Part shown: positions 10,622 through 21,124 of the stretch, one piece after another | Numbering within the stretch: position 1 is the first letter of the stretch | Layout of the letters: each line of letters opens with the position of its first letter | DNA from: an uncultured archaeon | Lineage (GTDB): Archaea; Micrarchaeota; Micrarchaeia; Anstonellales; Anstonellaceae | Direction of reading: 5' to 3' | NCBI GenBank assembly: GCA_902384555.1 | Contig: CABMCD010000027.1 | Location: forward strand, 25,067 to 89,066 | DNA: 64,000 nucleotides | Made by a program: the position numbers and the translations under genes | Notes under the pieces: generated by a model | Database searches by the model: none | What the model was told of the DNA's origin: nothing | The model's input: the letters and a program-made list of their open reading frames with translations, nothing else

Positions 10622-11410
10622 ATGACCATGATGTTTATTCCATACATTTCCTGCGGCGACCCGGATGTGGAATTCAGCCGAAAGCTGGTGCAGGCCCTCG
10701 CTCCCCACTCCGACCTCATCGAGCTGGGCATTCCCTTCTCCGACCCGCTTGCGGACGGCCCCACCATCCAGGCCGCCTCCTCGCGCGCGCTGGCCGGCGG
10801 CATGAATACCGACAAGGCGTTGGAGATGGTGAAAAAATTGAGGGCAGATGGCGTGAAAACGCCGTTTGTGTTCATGACCTATTACAACGTGATTTATGCG
10901 TATGGAACGGCGCGCTTTATGCAGGCGAGCCGGGAGGCCGGCGTGCAGGGCGTGCTGGTGCCGGACGTGCCCATGGGCGAGGATGAGGAGCTGGAGAAAG
11001 AGGTGGAGAAAAACGGCCTCTTCATAGTCCAGCTCATTGCTACCAACACGCCGGATGAGCGGGCGCGCAAAATATTGCAAAAAGAGGCCGCGGGCTCGTT
11101 CACCTATCTGGTTTCGGTGGCCGGCACCACGGGAGAAAGAAAGAAGGTGGCCGATGAGAGTTTGGAATTTGTTAAGAGAATTCGAAAACTCGCAGCCAAC
11201 AATTCTTCCAACCGCTTGTGCGTGGGCTTCGGCGTTTCGGATGCCGAGGCCGGCAGGCAATTCGTGCAGGCCGGCGCGGACGGCGTCATTGTGGGCAGCA
11301 AGCTCATTTCAATGTACGTGAAAAATATCAAAGACAGAAAGAAAGTGGAGGGCGAAGAGGCCGTTCTGGCCGAAATCGCCCAATTCGCGAAAAGCTTCAA
11401 GCAAGAGTAG
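10622..11410 (+). CDS. trpA: tryptophan synthase alpha chain
   Basis: FIPYISCGDP...ELGIPFSDPLADGPTIQ motifs typical of TrpA. Confidence 0.9.
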   Translation: MTMMFIPYISCGDPDVEFSRKLVQALAPHSDLIELGIPFSDPLADGPTIQAASSRALAGGMNTDKALEMVKKLRADGVKTPFVFMTYYNVIYAYGTARFMQASREAGVQGVLVPDVPMGEDEELEKEVEKNGLFIVQLIATNTPDERARKILQKEAAGSFTYLVSVAGTTGERKKVADESLEFVKRIRKLAANNSSNRLCVGFGVSDAEAGRQFVQAGADGVIVGSKLISMYVKNIKDRKKVEGEEAVLAEIAQFAKSFKQE

Positions 11411-11413
11411 AGG

Positions 11414-12244
11414 GTGCAACCTATGGCTTCAACCATGAAAGACCTCAAGCTGGTGGCCGCTTCGGGCAAGCGCACCGTGGTCAGGGTGGATAAGGTGAAA
11501 ATCGGCGAAGGCCTTGCCCTGATTGCCGGCCCGTGCAGCGTGGAGAGCGAGGAGCAGACGGTCGAGACCGCCAAGGCGGTGAAGGCGGCCGGAGCCGACA
11601 TGCTGAGAGGAGGGGCATTCAAGCCCCGCACGTCGCCTTACGCCTTCCAGGGCTTGGGGCTCAAGGGGCTGAAGATTTTGGAAAAGGCCAAAGAGGAGAC
11701 CGGCCTGCCCGTGGTCACCGAAATCACGGACGCCAAGAATTTGCAGTGGGTGTGCGAGCATGCCGACATGCTGCAAATCGGGGCGCGCAACATGCAGAAT
11801 TTCGCCCTTTTGCAGGAAGTGGGCAAGGCCGACAAGCCGGTGCTGCTGAAAAGGGGCATGTACTCCACCATCGAGGAGTGGCTGCAGGCGGCCGAGTATA
11901 TTCTCAAGGAGGGCAACCCGGACGTGGTGCTCTGCGAGCGGGGCATCCGCACCTTTGAGAAATACACGCGCAACACGCTTGATTTGAGCGCGGTGCCGGC
12001 CGTGCAGGAGCTGACGCATCTCCCAGTCATTGTGGACCCCACGCACAGCACCGGCCGGCCCAGCCTTATTCCGGCCATGAGCCTGGCGGCGGTGGCGGGC
12101 GGGGCGGACGGGCTGATTATCGAGGTCCATCCCAACCCGCCCAGCGCCCTGTCCGATGCCGAGCAGCAGCTCACTTTCAGCCAGTTCGCGGCGGTGGCCT
12201 CAAAAGCGCGCCAGCTGCACAAAGCGATGCAGGGATTGCAATGA
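11414..12244 (+). CDS. 3-deoxy-7-phosphoheptulonate (DAHP) synthase, short type I-beta
   Basis: [12 protein letters not shown]...[11 protein letters not shown] motif shared by DAHPS I-beta and KDO8PS. Position at the head of the aro cluster favours DAHPS. Confidence 0.75.
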   Translation: MQPMASTMKDLKLVAASGKRTVVRVDKVKIGEGLALIAGPCSVESEEQTVETAKAVKAAGADMLRGGAFKPRTSPYAFQGLGLKGLKILEKAKEETGLPVVTEITDAKNLQWVCEHADMLQIGARNMQNFALLQEVGKADKPVLLKRGMYSTIEEWLQAAEYILKEGNPDVVLCERGIRTFEKYTRNTLDLSAVPAVQELTHLPVIVDPTHSTGRPSLIPAMSLAAVAGGADGLIIEVHPNPPSALSDAEQQLTFSQFAAVASKARQLHKAMQGLQ

Positions 12245-13272
12245 AGGAAATGACGCTCCGAGCGCAAAGCGGGACCACCCGCATACTACTGGATGCGAAG
12301 CTGGAGGACTTGTCCAAGCACGTGCCCCCCAAAACACAGGCCGTGATGGTGGTGGATGCCGAAGTGCTTAGGCTTCACGGCCCGCGCCTGCCCAAACTGC
12401 CAGTCATTTCCATCGAGGCCACGGAGGACAACAAGAGCCTCGACACCATCTGCAAAATCTACGAATTCTTCATGCAGCAGGAGCTGGACCGCACGGGATT
12501 TGTAATCGGCATTGGCGGCGGCATCGTGTGCGACATGGCCGGCTTCGCGGCTTCCACCTACATGCGCGGCGTGCCGTTTGCCTACGCGCCCACCACGCTT
12601 CTGGCGCAGGCCGATGCGTCACTGGGCGGCAAGACCGGCGTCAATTTGCAGGGCTACAAAAATCAGGTCGGGACATTCTGCCAGCCAAGCTTTGTGCTCA
12701 TGGACCTCTCCGTTCTCAAGACCCTGCCCGGGCCGCAAGTGCGGGACGGATTTGCGGAAATCATCAAGCACGCCGCCATTGCGGATGCGCAACTGTTCGA
12801 AATGCTGGAGAAGAACGCAAAAGATGCGCTTGTGCTGGATGAGAAGGCGCTGCGCGCCATTCTGCTCCGCTCGCTGGCCGTCAAGATTTCCGTTGTGGAA
12901 AAAGACGAGAAAGAGGCCGGCGTGCGCCGGCTGCTCAACTTCGGGCATACGCTGGGCCATGCGATTGAGAAAACGCAGCAAAAAAGCCATGGGCAGGCCG
13001 TGGCGATTGGGATGGTGCTGGCGGCCAAGATGTCGGTGGAAAGAAAGATGATGAAAGAAGGCGAGTGCAAACGGCTGATTTCGCTTTTGCGCGCGTATGG
13101 CCTTCCGACCGAATTGGATGGACGGCCGGATGCCCTGCTGCAAGCCGTAACGCACGACAAGAAAAGGGCGGGCGCAAGCCTCCATATGGTGCTGCTGGAA
13201 AAAATCGGGCAAGCTAAAGTGGTGGCAGTGCAAATGGACAAACTAGCGGGAGATTTGCATGATTTGCGTTAG
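12241..13272 (+). CDS. aroB: 3-dehydroquinate synthase
   Basis: [20 protein letters not shown]...[12 protein letters not shown], the DHQS metal/NAD-binding motifs. Confidence 0.85.
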   Translation: MKEMTLRAQSGTTRILLDAKLEDLSKHVPPKTQAVMVVDAEVLRLHGPRLPKLPVISIEATEDNKSLDTICKIYEFFMQQELDRTGFVIGIGGGIVCDMAGFAASTYMRGVPFAYAPTTLLAQADASLGGKTGVNLQGYKNQVGTFCQPSFVLMDLSVLKTLPGPQVRDGFAEIIKHAAIADAQLFEMLEKNAKDALVLDEKALRAILLRSLAVKISVVEKDEKEAGVRRLLNFGHTLGHAIEKTQQKSHGQAVAIGMVLAAKMSVERKMMKEGECKRLISLLRAYGLPTELDGRPDALLQAVTHDKKRAGASLHMVLLEKIGQAKVVAVQMDKLAGDLHDLR

Positions 13273-15271
13273 CCTCATCGGCCCCACCGTGCGCGACTGT
13301 TTGGCCCAGCTGAAAGAAGTTTCGCTGGCCGAAATTCGGATGGATTTGATTTCGGATTTGGATGAGGGGGGCGTGAAGAAAATATTTTCAAGCCCGGTCA
13401 AATTGATTGCAACCTGCAGGCCGAAGGACAAGGAAAACAAGCAACAAAACGCCCGGCGCGAGCAACTGCTTCTTCTGGCCATTTCCGGCGGGGCGGCCTT
13501 TGTGGATATTGAGCTGGAGTCGCCGGCCGAAATGAGAAGACGAGTGGCGGAAGCGGCCAAAAAGGCCGGATGCAAGGTCATTGTTTCGCATCATGATTTC
13601 GAAAAAACCCCCATGCGGCAGGAGCTGGCCGGGATTAAGGCCCGCTGCCTTGAAGAGGGGGCCGATGTGGCGAAATTGGCCTGTATGGCCAGAAGCGAAG
13701 AGGACGTGCAGCGAATGCTGGATTTGTGCGACCCGCGCACCGTGGCGATTGCCATGGGTCCGATGGGAGTGGAAGCCCGGGCCAAAATTGTTTCATTGGG
13801 CAGCCCCTTCACCTTTGCCGCCTTTGATGAAAAGAGCGCGGCCGCGCCGGGGCAGGTGGGCAGAGAGAGGATGGAAAAAATGATGCAAGAGACCGGGAAG
13901 GCCGCGAGGGACGGGAAAACGACGGAGAACGGGGAGCACCCGGCTTCACGCACCCCCATTTTGCTGGCCGTCAGCGGCAATCCGGTGCATCACAGCCAAA
14001 GCCCGGCCCTGCACAATGCGGGTCTGGCCAGCTTGGGAATAGAAGGCGCCTACTTCCGCCTGCTGGGCGGCGATGCGGCCGAGGTGCTGCGCACCGCGCG
14101 GGCGATGGGCTTGCGCGGCCTGAGCGTGACCTCGCCCTTTAAGGAGGAGATGGCGCACTTGGTGCATGAATTGAACGGCGCGGCGCGTGAGCTGGGGGCA
14201 GCCAATACCGTGGTGCTGGAAAAAGGAAAGGCCGTTGGATACAATACGGATGGGTTGGGCGTGAGCGGCCCGCTGGCGGCGGCCGGCGTGTCCCTTTCGG
14301 GCGCACGGGCAGTGGTGGTGGGCTCGGGCGGGGCGGCCAAGGCGGCCGTGCTGGCCTTGCAGAAAGCGGGCGCGAGTGTGGTGATGGCCAACCGCACGGT
14401 TGCGAAGATAGAGGCATTTGCCAAGAAATTTGGATGTGAGACCTGCACGCTCGAGCCGGCCGAGCTGGGGCCGAAACTGGCGCAAGCGAGCATACTGGTG
14501 TCTTGCACCAGCACCCATGAGCGCTTCATCGAGCCCAGCCTGCTGCATTCGGAGTTGGCGGTGCTGGATGCGCATTACACCAAACCCACTGCACTGGTGG
14601 CCGATGCGAAGGCGGCCGGATGCAAAATCGTGTCAGCCCAAGACTGGCTGCTCTACCAGGGGCTGGAGGCCTTCCGGCTTTTCACCAAGAGAGAAGCCCC
14701 GGCCGAGGCCATGCGGCAAGGCGTGCTATCGGCCCAGCAGGCCGGACCCAAGCAGGCCAACAAGATTGCCCTTATCGGAATGATGGGCTGCGGCAAGAGC
14801 GCGGTCGGCAAGAGGCTGACCGACGGAGCCGGGCTGCGGCTGGTGGAAATGGATGCCGAGATTGAGAGAAAGGCCGGCAGGCGCGTGGCTGAAATATTTG
14901 AAAAAGAGGGAGAAGCGAAATTCAGGCAAATGGAATCCGCCCTGCTAAGCGAGCTGGCGGGGCGCAAAGACAAGTTCGTGGTGTCCTGCGGGGGCGGCGT
15001 GGTGCTCGACGAGCGCAATGTCGAGCTGTTGCAGACGCATTTCTACACCGTGTGGCTCTGGGCGGACGAGGAGGACATTTTGGCCCGCGTGGGCTCGAAA
15101 ACCAGCCGGCCCCTGCTCAACCGGCCCGACAAGCGCGAGGCCGTGCGCCGCCTGCTGGAGGAGCGCAAGGTGCGCTATGCGTCAGCCTGTGATTTGGCCA
15201 TCAGCACCCAAAACCGGACGCCCAAGAAAATCGCCGAGATGATTGCTCATGAAATTGGTCTTGCCAACTGA
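13259..15271 (+). CDS. aroDEK: trifunctional 3-dehydroquinate dehydratase (type I) / shikimate dehydrogenase / shikimate kinase
   Basis: N-terminal type I DHQase (SHHDF, Lys in KLA). Middle AroE (AVSGNPVHHSQSPALHN, GSGGAAKAA). C-terminal bacterial P-loop AroK (IGMMGCGKSAVGKRL). Confidence 0.85.
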   Translation: MICVSLIGPTVRDCLAQLKEVSLAEIRMDLISDLDEGGVKKIFSSPVKLIATCRPKDKENKQQNARREQLLLLAISGGAAFVDIELESPAEMRRRVAEAAKKAGCKVIVSHHDFEKTPMRQELAGIKARCLEEGADVAKLACMARSEEDVQRMLDLCDPRTVAIAMGPMGVEARAKIVSLGSPFTFAAFDEKSAAAPGQVGRERMEKMMQETGKAARDGKTTENGEHPASRTPILLAVSGNPVHHSQSPALHNAGLASLGIEGAYFRLLGGDAAEVLRTARAMGLRGLSVTSPFKEEMAHLVHELNGAARELGAANTVVLEKGKAVGYNTDGLGVSGPLAAAGVSLSGARAVVVGSGGAAKAAVLALQKAGASVVMANRTVAKIEAFAKKFGCETCTLEPAELGPKLAQASILVSCTSTHERFIEPSLLHSELAVLDAHYTKPTALVADAKAAGCKIVSAQDWLLYQGLEAFRLFTKREAPAEAMRQGVLSAQQAGPKQANKIALIGMMGCGKSAVGKRLTDGAGLRLVEMDAEIERKAGRRVAEIFEKEGEAKFRQMESALLSELAGRKDKFVVSCGGGVVLDERNVELLQTHFYTVWLWADEEDILARVGSKTSRPLLNRPDKREAVRRLLEERKVRYASACDLAISTQNRTPKKIAEMIAHEIGLAN

Positions 15272-16499
15272 AATAGACGGCCAAGTGCCGGCCCCCCCGT
15301 CCAAAAGCCAGATGCAGCGCGCGGTGGCCATCGGCAGCCTAAGCGAGGCGCCCCTCACCATCACCAATCCCGATTTCAGCGACGACTCGCAGTCGGCCAT
15401 GAGCGTGGTGGAAGGGCTGGGAGCCAAAGTCGAGCGCCAATTTGGCGGGCCGGAAGCAAACGTCAGGATTACCCCCGGTGCGGGCCTGGCGCAGCACACC
15501 CTCAACTGCGGCCAGTCGGGCCTGTGCATGCGCCTGTTTCCCTCCATTGCGGCCCTGCAGGACAAGCCCTTTACATTTACGGCAACCGGCGGGCTGAACA
15601 CCCGCCCAGTGGGCATGCTCTCCGACGCGCTCAGCCAGCTGGGAGCCGAGAGCCACTGCAAAAATGGACTTCCGCCCCTGAGCGTGCAGGGCCCGCTGCG
15701 CGGCGGGAATGCGGTGATGGATGCCTCGGTCTCGTCCCAGCCCCTGAGCGGGCTGCTGCTGGCACTGCCGAAAGCGCAGGCCGATTCGCATGTGGAGGCG
15801 CGGGGCCTGGAGAGCAAGCCCTATGTGCGCATGACCATGCAGCTGGCCGCCAAATTCGGAGTGGAAATCGGGCATTCGGAGAATTTGGATGCGTTCGACA
15901 TTCCGGCCCGGCAGCAGTACCGGGGCGGAAGCTATGAGGTGGAGGGCGACTGGTCGGGCGCCTCGTTCCTGCTGGTGGCCGGAGCGGTCGCGGGCCGGAT
16001 GGCGGTGGAGGGGCTGGATGCCGATTCGCTGCAGGCCGACCGGGCCATTCTCGATGCGCTGCGCCTTGCGGGCGCAAACGTGAAGGATGGCCCGAATTCG
16101 ACCCGAGTGGAGCGTGGCGAGCTCCAGGCGTTTGAATTCGACCTCACCCAATGCCCGGACTTGGCGCCCCCGCTGGTGGTGCTGGCCGCCTACTGTCCGG
16201 GCACCAGCATTTTGCGCGGCACCCGCCGCCTGCGCTTCAAGGAGAGCGACCGGGCGGCCGTGCTCAAGGAGGAGTTCGCCCATTTGGGCGTGCGGGTGGA
16301 GACGGAGGAGAATGAGATGAGAATATTCGGAGGCGCGGTGCGCGGCGGAGAGGTGGATTCCAACGGGGACCACCGCATCGCCATGAGCGCGGCCGTGGCC
16401 GCGCTGGGCTCGCAGGAGGGCGTGAGGATAAAGAACGCGGCCTGCGTCTCGAAATCATTCCCGTCATTTTTCGAGCGTTTGGAGGAAGCGAGGGCGTGA
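15243..16499 (+). CDS. aroA: 3-phosphoshikimate 1-carboxyvinyltransferase (EPSP synthase)
   Basis: PPSKSQMQRA...LGAKV motifs and full-length EPSPS. Confidence 0.9.
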   Translation: MLMKLVLPTEIDGQVPAPPSKSQMQRAVAIGSLSEAPLTITNPDFSDDSQSAMSVVEGLGAKVERQFGGPEANVRITPGAGLAQHTLNCGQSGLCMRLFPSIAALQDKPFTFTATGGLNTRPVGMLSDALSQLGAESHCKNGLPPLSVQGPLRGGNAVMDASVSSQPLSGLLLALPKAQADSHVEARGLESKPYVRMTMQLAAKFGVEIGHSENLDAFDIPARQQYRGGSYEVEGDWSGASFLLVAGAVAGRMAVEGLDADSLQADRAILDALRLAGANVKDGPNSTRVERGELQAFEFDLTQCPDLAPPLVVLAAYCPGTSILRGTRRLRFKESDRAAVLKEEFAHLGVRVETEENEMRIFGGAVRGGEVDSNGDHRIAMSAAVAALGSQEGVRIKNAACVSKSFPSFFERLEEARA

Positions 16500-16535
16500 A
16501 GGAAGAAGCCGGCGCAGGCCGGCGAACGGGAGGTT

Positions 16536-17588
16536 ATGGGCATGAACACGTTTGGAAGTTTGTTCCGCGTATCGGTTTTCGGCGAATCCCACGGCCCGGC
16601 AGTGGGCGTGCTGCTGGACGGCGTGCCGGCGGGCGTGAGCTTGAGCGAGGCGGACTTTTCCGCTGATATCGGGCGGCGCAGGCCCGGGGCGAGGGGCACC
16701 ACACCGCGCGTGGAGGCGGACGAGCCCGAGCTGATGAGCGGCGTGTTTAATGGCAAGACCACCGGCGCGCCCCTGCTGATTATGTTCCACAACGGCAACG
16801 TGGACTCCAAGCCTTACGAGAAATTGAAAAACACGCCCCGGCCCGGACATGCGGACCTGACAGCCAGCCAGAAATTCGGCGGGTTCAATGATTACCGCGG
16901 AAGCGGGCATTTTTCCGGCCGGCTGACGCTGTGCCTGGTGGCGGCCGGCGTGGTGGCCAAGAAAATGATGGCTGGAGCGGGGGCGGAAGAGGCCGGACGG
17001 CGCGGGGCCGGAGCCGGAGAGGGCATCCGGATTGAGGCCCGCCTCGTTTCGGCCGGCGGCTCGGCCGACGTCCAGTCTGCGGTCGAATCCGCCATGAAAG
17101 ACGGCGACTCGGTAGGGGGCGTGGTGGAATGCAAAGTGTCCGGCCTGCCAACCGGGCTGGGCGAGCCCTTCTTTGACTCGGCCGAGTCGCTCATCAGCCA
17201 CATCGCGTTCGCCATTCCGGCCGTGAAAGGGGTGGAATTCGGCACGGGGTTCGCGGCCGCAAAAATGAAGGGAAGCGAAATGAACGACAGCCTCGCGGAT
17301 GCCTCGGGCCGCACGCGCACCAATAATTCGGGCGGCATCAACGGCGGCATCACCAACGGAAACGAGCTGGTGGTGCGCATCGCCGTCAAGCCCACCTCCA
17401 GCATTGCCCGGGAGCAGGAGCTGCTGGACGTCAAGAGCGGCGAGAAAAAGAAGGCCAGTATAGCGGGCCGGCATGACGCCTGCATCGCCTTGCGCGTGCC
17501 GGTGGTGCTGGAGGCGGCCGTGGCGATTGCGCTGGCCGACCTGATGGCGCGCGAGCAGAAAGTGAAGCGCGTGCAGGCCCGGGCGTGA
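16536..17588 (+). CDS. aroC: chorismate synthase
   Basis: FGESHGPAVG...RPGHAD...GRHDACIALRVPVVLEAA, the conserved chorismate synthase signatures. Confidence 0.9.
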   Translation: MGMNTFGSLFRVSVFGESHGPAVGVLLDGVPAGVSLSEADFSADIGRRRPGARGTTPRVEADEPELMSGVFNGKTTGAPLLIMFHNGNVDSKPYEKLKNTPRPGHADLTASQKFGGFNDYRGSGHFSGRLTLCLVAAGVVAKKMMAGAGAEEAGRRGAGAGEGIRIEARLVSAGGSADVQSAVESAMKDGDSVGGVVECKVSGLPTGLGEPFFDSAESLISHIAFAIPAVKGVEFGTGFAAAKMKGSEMNDSLADASGRTRTNNSGGINGGITNGNELVVRIAVKPTSSIAREQELLDVKSGEKKKASIAGRHDACIALRVPVVLEAAVAIALADLMAREQKVKRVQARA

Positions 17589-17630
17589 TGAAGAGAAGAG
17601 ATTAATAATTCCGGGAGGGAAAAGACAGCC

Positions 17631-18821
17631 ATGCAATTCAAGACCGGGCAGACGGCCGCACAGGAGGGCTTTTTGGAAAAGCCGCTTCTGGTGGAAAACG
17701 CCCCCATGCGGCAGGGCGGCGAGCTGCTGGAGAGCGTGCGCAGCGGCCAATACCTGCTGCAGCTGCAGACCCGCATCCGCGAATACGCGCCCGGCTATGC
17801 GCAGGACCCCCGCGCGAAGAGGCTGCTGGATTATCTTTCCAAAAATGCGGACGCGCTCTCGCAGGAGTTTGCGGCCCGCTGCACGGACGGCTCCATTAAA
17901 TACGAAATCCGCAGCCCGCAGGATTTGGATTTCGCCTTCGGCGTGTTCGTGGGGGCCAAATTCAGCTATGCGGATTTGGAAAAGAAGGGGCCGCTGCAAT
18001 ACCCGAAAATAACCGAGCTGCCGTCCCAAAGCGACCTGGCAGGGGGGCCGGCCGGAAGCTATGACCCGAAGAAAGGGCCTCAAGCGCGCAACCACTACAA
18101 CCCCGAAGCCCACGAAATCGCGATTGAGCGCTATGACTGGGGCGCGGAGCGCGACTGGAAAATCGCGCCGCTTGTTTTCGGCATCGGACTGGGGGCGCAC
18201 GAGCATGCCCACGCCCGCCCGAAGATGACCGGCGCGGCGGGCCGCATGGTGGGCGAATACGGCGCCTATGTGGCGCAAAGCGGATTCGCGCCGCCGCTGC
18301 TCAAGGAGGACGCGGCCGCGATTGAAAAGCGGTTCGACTCCCCGGCCGGCATCCGCGACCTCGCCAAATACGGCGGAAAATTCGCCGGGCTGGACGAGGA
18401 GACGCTCAAGGGCCTGCGGGGCGAATACCTCGCGTTCGCCCTCGGCCCGTTTCTGAAAAAATCCGGCCTTGACGCGTCCGCCCTGAAAGTCGACTCCTAT
18501 TCCGAAGTGACCATCGGCGGAATCTACGACATGCTCACGAAATACAGAAGCGGCCAGATTGCGGATGTCGAGATGATGAAAATAGAGGCGCTGGTGCGGA
18601 TGGGGCTGGACGTGGACAACGAGCCGGACCGCTTCGAGCAGGCCCGCGCGGTGCTGGACAAGATGGAGACCGCCAAATGGACGACGTTTGGGGAATTTCT
18701 GGACGCGTTCTGGAAAGCGGCCAAGGCCGAGTTCAAAAGCTCGCCGAAATTCGAGAAACTGGGCAAGGATTTCACCCTGCTCGATGCCCGGATTTGCGCC
18801 GCAGACGCTGGAGTGGCGTGA
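17631..18821 (+). CDS. hypothetical protein
   Basis: 396 aa ORF with non-biased composition and a GGGAGGG-like RBS upstream of its ATG. No recognisable motif. Confidence 0.5.
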   Translation: MQFKTGQTAAQEGFLEKPLLVENAPMRQGGELLESVRSGQYLLQLQTRIREYAPGYAQDPRAKRLLDYLSKNADALSQEFAARCTDGSIKYEIRSPQDLDFAFGVFVGAKFSYADLEKKGPLQYPKITELPSQSDLAGGPAGSYDPKKGPQARNHYNPEAHEIAIERYDWGAERDWKIAPLVFGIGLGAHEHAHARPKMTGAAGRMVGEYGAYVAQSGFAPPLLKEDAAAIEKRFDSPAGIRDLAKYGGKFAGLDEETLKGLRGEYLAFALGPFLKKSGLDASALKVDSYSEVTIGGIYDMLTKYRSGQIADVEMMKIEALVRMGLDVDNEPDRFEQARAVLDKMETAKWTTFGEFLDAFWKAAKAEFKSSPKFEKLGKDFTLLDARICAADAGVA

Positions 18822-18845
18822 GAAAAAGAGAGGGCAGGAAAGAAA

Positions 18846-20138
18846 CTAGAAGTCGATTCTCTCCATGCCCATGAAGTCCTGCAAGGGCTTGGGAATGGCC
18901 ACGCCCGACTCGTCTTGGTAGTTTTCCAAAACAGCGATGAGCGTGCGCCCGACCGCGAGGCCGGAGCCGTTGAGGGTGTGGACGAATTCGTTCTTGCCGT
19001 CGCGGCGGAACTTGATTTGCGCGCGGCGGGCCTGGAAGTCGGTGCAGTTGGAGCAGGAGGAGATTTCGCGGTAGGTGTCCTGTGAGGGGAGCCACACCTC
19101 GATGTCGTAGGTCTTGGCGGACGAGAAGCCCATGTCGCCGGTGCACAGCTGGATGGTGCGGTAGGGCAGGCCGAGGCCTTGGAGCACCGACTCGGCGTCG
19201 TGGGTGAGCGATTCGAGTTCGTCGAACGAGCGCTCGGGCAGGCTGAATTTCACCAGCTCCACTTTCATGAACTGGTGCTGGCGAATCAGGCCCTTGATGT
19301 CTTTTTGGTAGTTGCCGGCCTCGCGCCGGAAGCAGGGCGTCAGGCCGCAGTATTTGAGCGGAAGGGCGGTTTCTTCCAGCACTTCGCCGGCATGCAAATT
19401 CGTGAGAGGTACTTCGGCCGTGGGAATGAGCCACAAACCGTTTGGCTTGACGCCTTGTCCGTCCCATTTTTCATCCGTTTGGTAAAGGTCGGCTGCGAAC
19501 TTCGGCAGCTGGCCGGTCCCGACCATGGTTGGAGTGTTCACAAGCAAAGGCACGGCCGCCTCCCGGTAGCCGTTGAGCTCGTGCAGGCCCAGCATATACG
19601 CGGCCAGCGCGCGCTCCAGCTTGGCGAGGGCGCCGTACAGCACGGTGAAGCGCGAGCCGGAGAGCTTGACGCCGCGCTCGAAGTCGAGAAGCTTGGGGAA
19701 AATTTCGTAATGGGGCTTGGTGTCGGCCGAGGTCCGCTTGGGTTCGCCCCATTTGCGCACTTCCGCATTGTCTTTCTCGTCTTTTCCATCCGGCACCGAC
19801 GCGTGCGGCGTGTTGGGCACGGTAAGAAGAATGGATTCCATCTGCTTTTCCAGATTGGCGGCTTCCTCGTCCAGCACCTTGATTTTGGCCGCCAGCTCCT
19901 GCGTCTGCTTGATGATGGGGGCGATGTCCTGCCCGGCCTTTTTGGCGGCGTTGATTTCCATGGACAGTTTGTTGCGCTCGGCCTTCAGTTTGTCGCCCGA
20001 GGACTTGACCTGCCGCCAAGTGGCGTCGAGCGAGAGAATTTCGTCGATTGGGGAGATGGGCGCGTGGCGGCGGCGCAGGGCGGCCTTGAAGGGCTCGGCG
20101 TCGGTGCGAATCGCTTTGAGGTCGAGCATGGAAATCAC
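18846..20138 (-). CDS. serS: serine--tRNA ligase
   Basis: N-terminal coiled-coil arm plus class II core motifs (FRREAG, GSGLAVGRTLIA). ATGA overlap with the upstream gene. Confidence 0.9.
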   Translation of the reverse strand: MISMLDLKAIRTDAEPFKAALRRRHAPISPIDEILSLDATWRQVKSSGDKLKAERNKLSMEINAAKKAGQDIAPIIKQTQELAAKIKVLDEEAANLEKQMESILLTVPNTPHASVPDGKDEKDNAEVRKWGEPKRTSADTKPHYEIFPKLLDFERGVKLSGSRFTVLYGALAKLERALAAYMLGLHELNGYREAAVPLLVNTPTMVGTGQLPKFAADLYQTDEKWDGQGVKPNGLWLIPTAEVPLTNLHAGEVLEETALPLKYCGLTPCFRREAGNYQKDIKGLIRQHQFMKVELVKFSLPERSFDELESLTHDAESVLQGLGLPYRTIQLCTGDMGFSSAKTYDIEVWLPSQDTYREISSCSNCTDFQARRAQIKFRRDGKNEFVHTLNGSGLAVGRTLIAVLENYQDESGVAIPKPLQDFMGMERIDF

Positions 20139-21040
20139 GCGACAAGTTTCTGTTTGAGCTGCGCGATTAAATCATCGCCTATGCGCTCCTGCGCCTCGAT
20201 GGTGGAGGCCGCGACGTGGGGCGTGAGCAGGACATTGTCCAGTTTGAGCAGCGGGCCGGTGTAGGGCTCGGCCGGATAAACGTCAAGAGCGGCACCCGCG
20301 AGCTGGCCGGACTGCAGGGCGGACACCAGGGCCGCCTCGTCAATGAGAAATCCGCGCGCCGTGTTGATGACATAGCTGCCCGGCTTCATCTTGGCAATGC
20401 GCTCGGCATTGAGGATGGCCGGCGAGCCGGCCGGCATGGAGGCGTGCAGCGAGACGATGTCGCACAGGGGCAGCAGCTCGTCCACGGTCGCGTAATGGGG
20501 ATAGGAGACGTCTGAGGCCTTCTTGGGGTCGGTGTAAATCACGCGCATGCCCATGGCCACCGCCTTGGCGGCCACCAGGCGGCCGATGCGGCCCATTCCG
20601 ATGAGGCCCAGCGTCTTGCCCGAAATCTCGCGGCCCACGCAGGCCTTTTTGTCCCATATGCCGACCTTCATGGCCGCGTGCGCCCGGCCGAAGTGGCGCA
20701 GGAGCGCAATCATCATGCCAACCGCCATCTCGGCCACCGCGTTGGAGGAGGCGCCGGGCGTGTTGAGCACCGCAATGCCCTTCTTCTCGCAGGCGGCCTT
20801 GTCCACGTTGTCCAGCCCCACGCCGGCGCGGGCCACGATTTTGAGCTTGGAGGCCGGCTCGAGCAGCGCCTCGGTCACCTTGGTGGCCGAGCGCACAATC
20901 AGCACTTCGGCGTCCGCCAGCTCCTGCTTGAGGTTGGCGGGCGTGAGCACCACCGGGCCCAAGGCCTGGATGCCCTCCACCACGGAGGGCTCCATGTTGT
21001 CGGCAATGACGATTTTGCTGAAAGAGGGCATTGCAATCAC
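20135..21040 (-). CDS. D-isomer-specific 2-hydroxyacid dehydrogenase (phosphoglycerate dehydrogenase-like)
   Basis: GLIGMGRIGRLVA NAD-binding motif and catalytic Arg/Glu/His. Adjacent to a class V aminotransferase and serS. Confidence 0.8.
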   Translation of the reverse strand: MIAMPSFSKIVIADNMEPSVVEGIQALGPVVLTPANLKQELADAEVLIVRSATKVTEALLEPASKLKIVARAGVGLDNVDKAACEKKGIAVLNTPGASSNAVAEMAVGMMIALLRHFGRAHAAMKVGIWDKKACVGREISGKTLGLIGMGRIGRLVAAKAVAMGMRVIYTDPKKASDVSYPHYATVDELLPLCDIVSLHASMPAGSPAILNAERIAKMKPGSYVINTARGFLIDEAALVSALQSGQLAGAALDVYPAEPYTGPLLKLDNVLLTPHVAASTIEAQERIGDDLIAQLKQKLVA

Positions 21041-21124
21041 CTGAGAGTTTTACGAAAATGTGAAGGCAGAGGCGGTTTATAACACGCACGGGCGGAGGCA
21101 GAAAGCTTAATATGGATTCCAAAA

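Noticed and set aside
8669-11260. 863-aa minus-strand ORF across trpCB/trpA, and similar antisense ORFs over trpE (5612..7057), trpD (7582..8667), aroA (15339..16373), aroC (16464..18278), MFS (3856..5601; 49788..50903), UbiB (52174..53985) and aCPSF1 (44788..46611)
   Set aside because: The opposite strand in each case encodes a protein with unambiguous family signatures. Antisense ORFs are a known artefact of 65% GC sequence lacking AT-rich stop codons.
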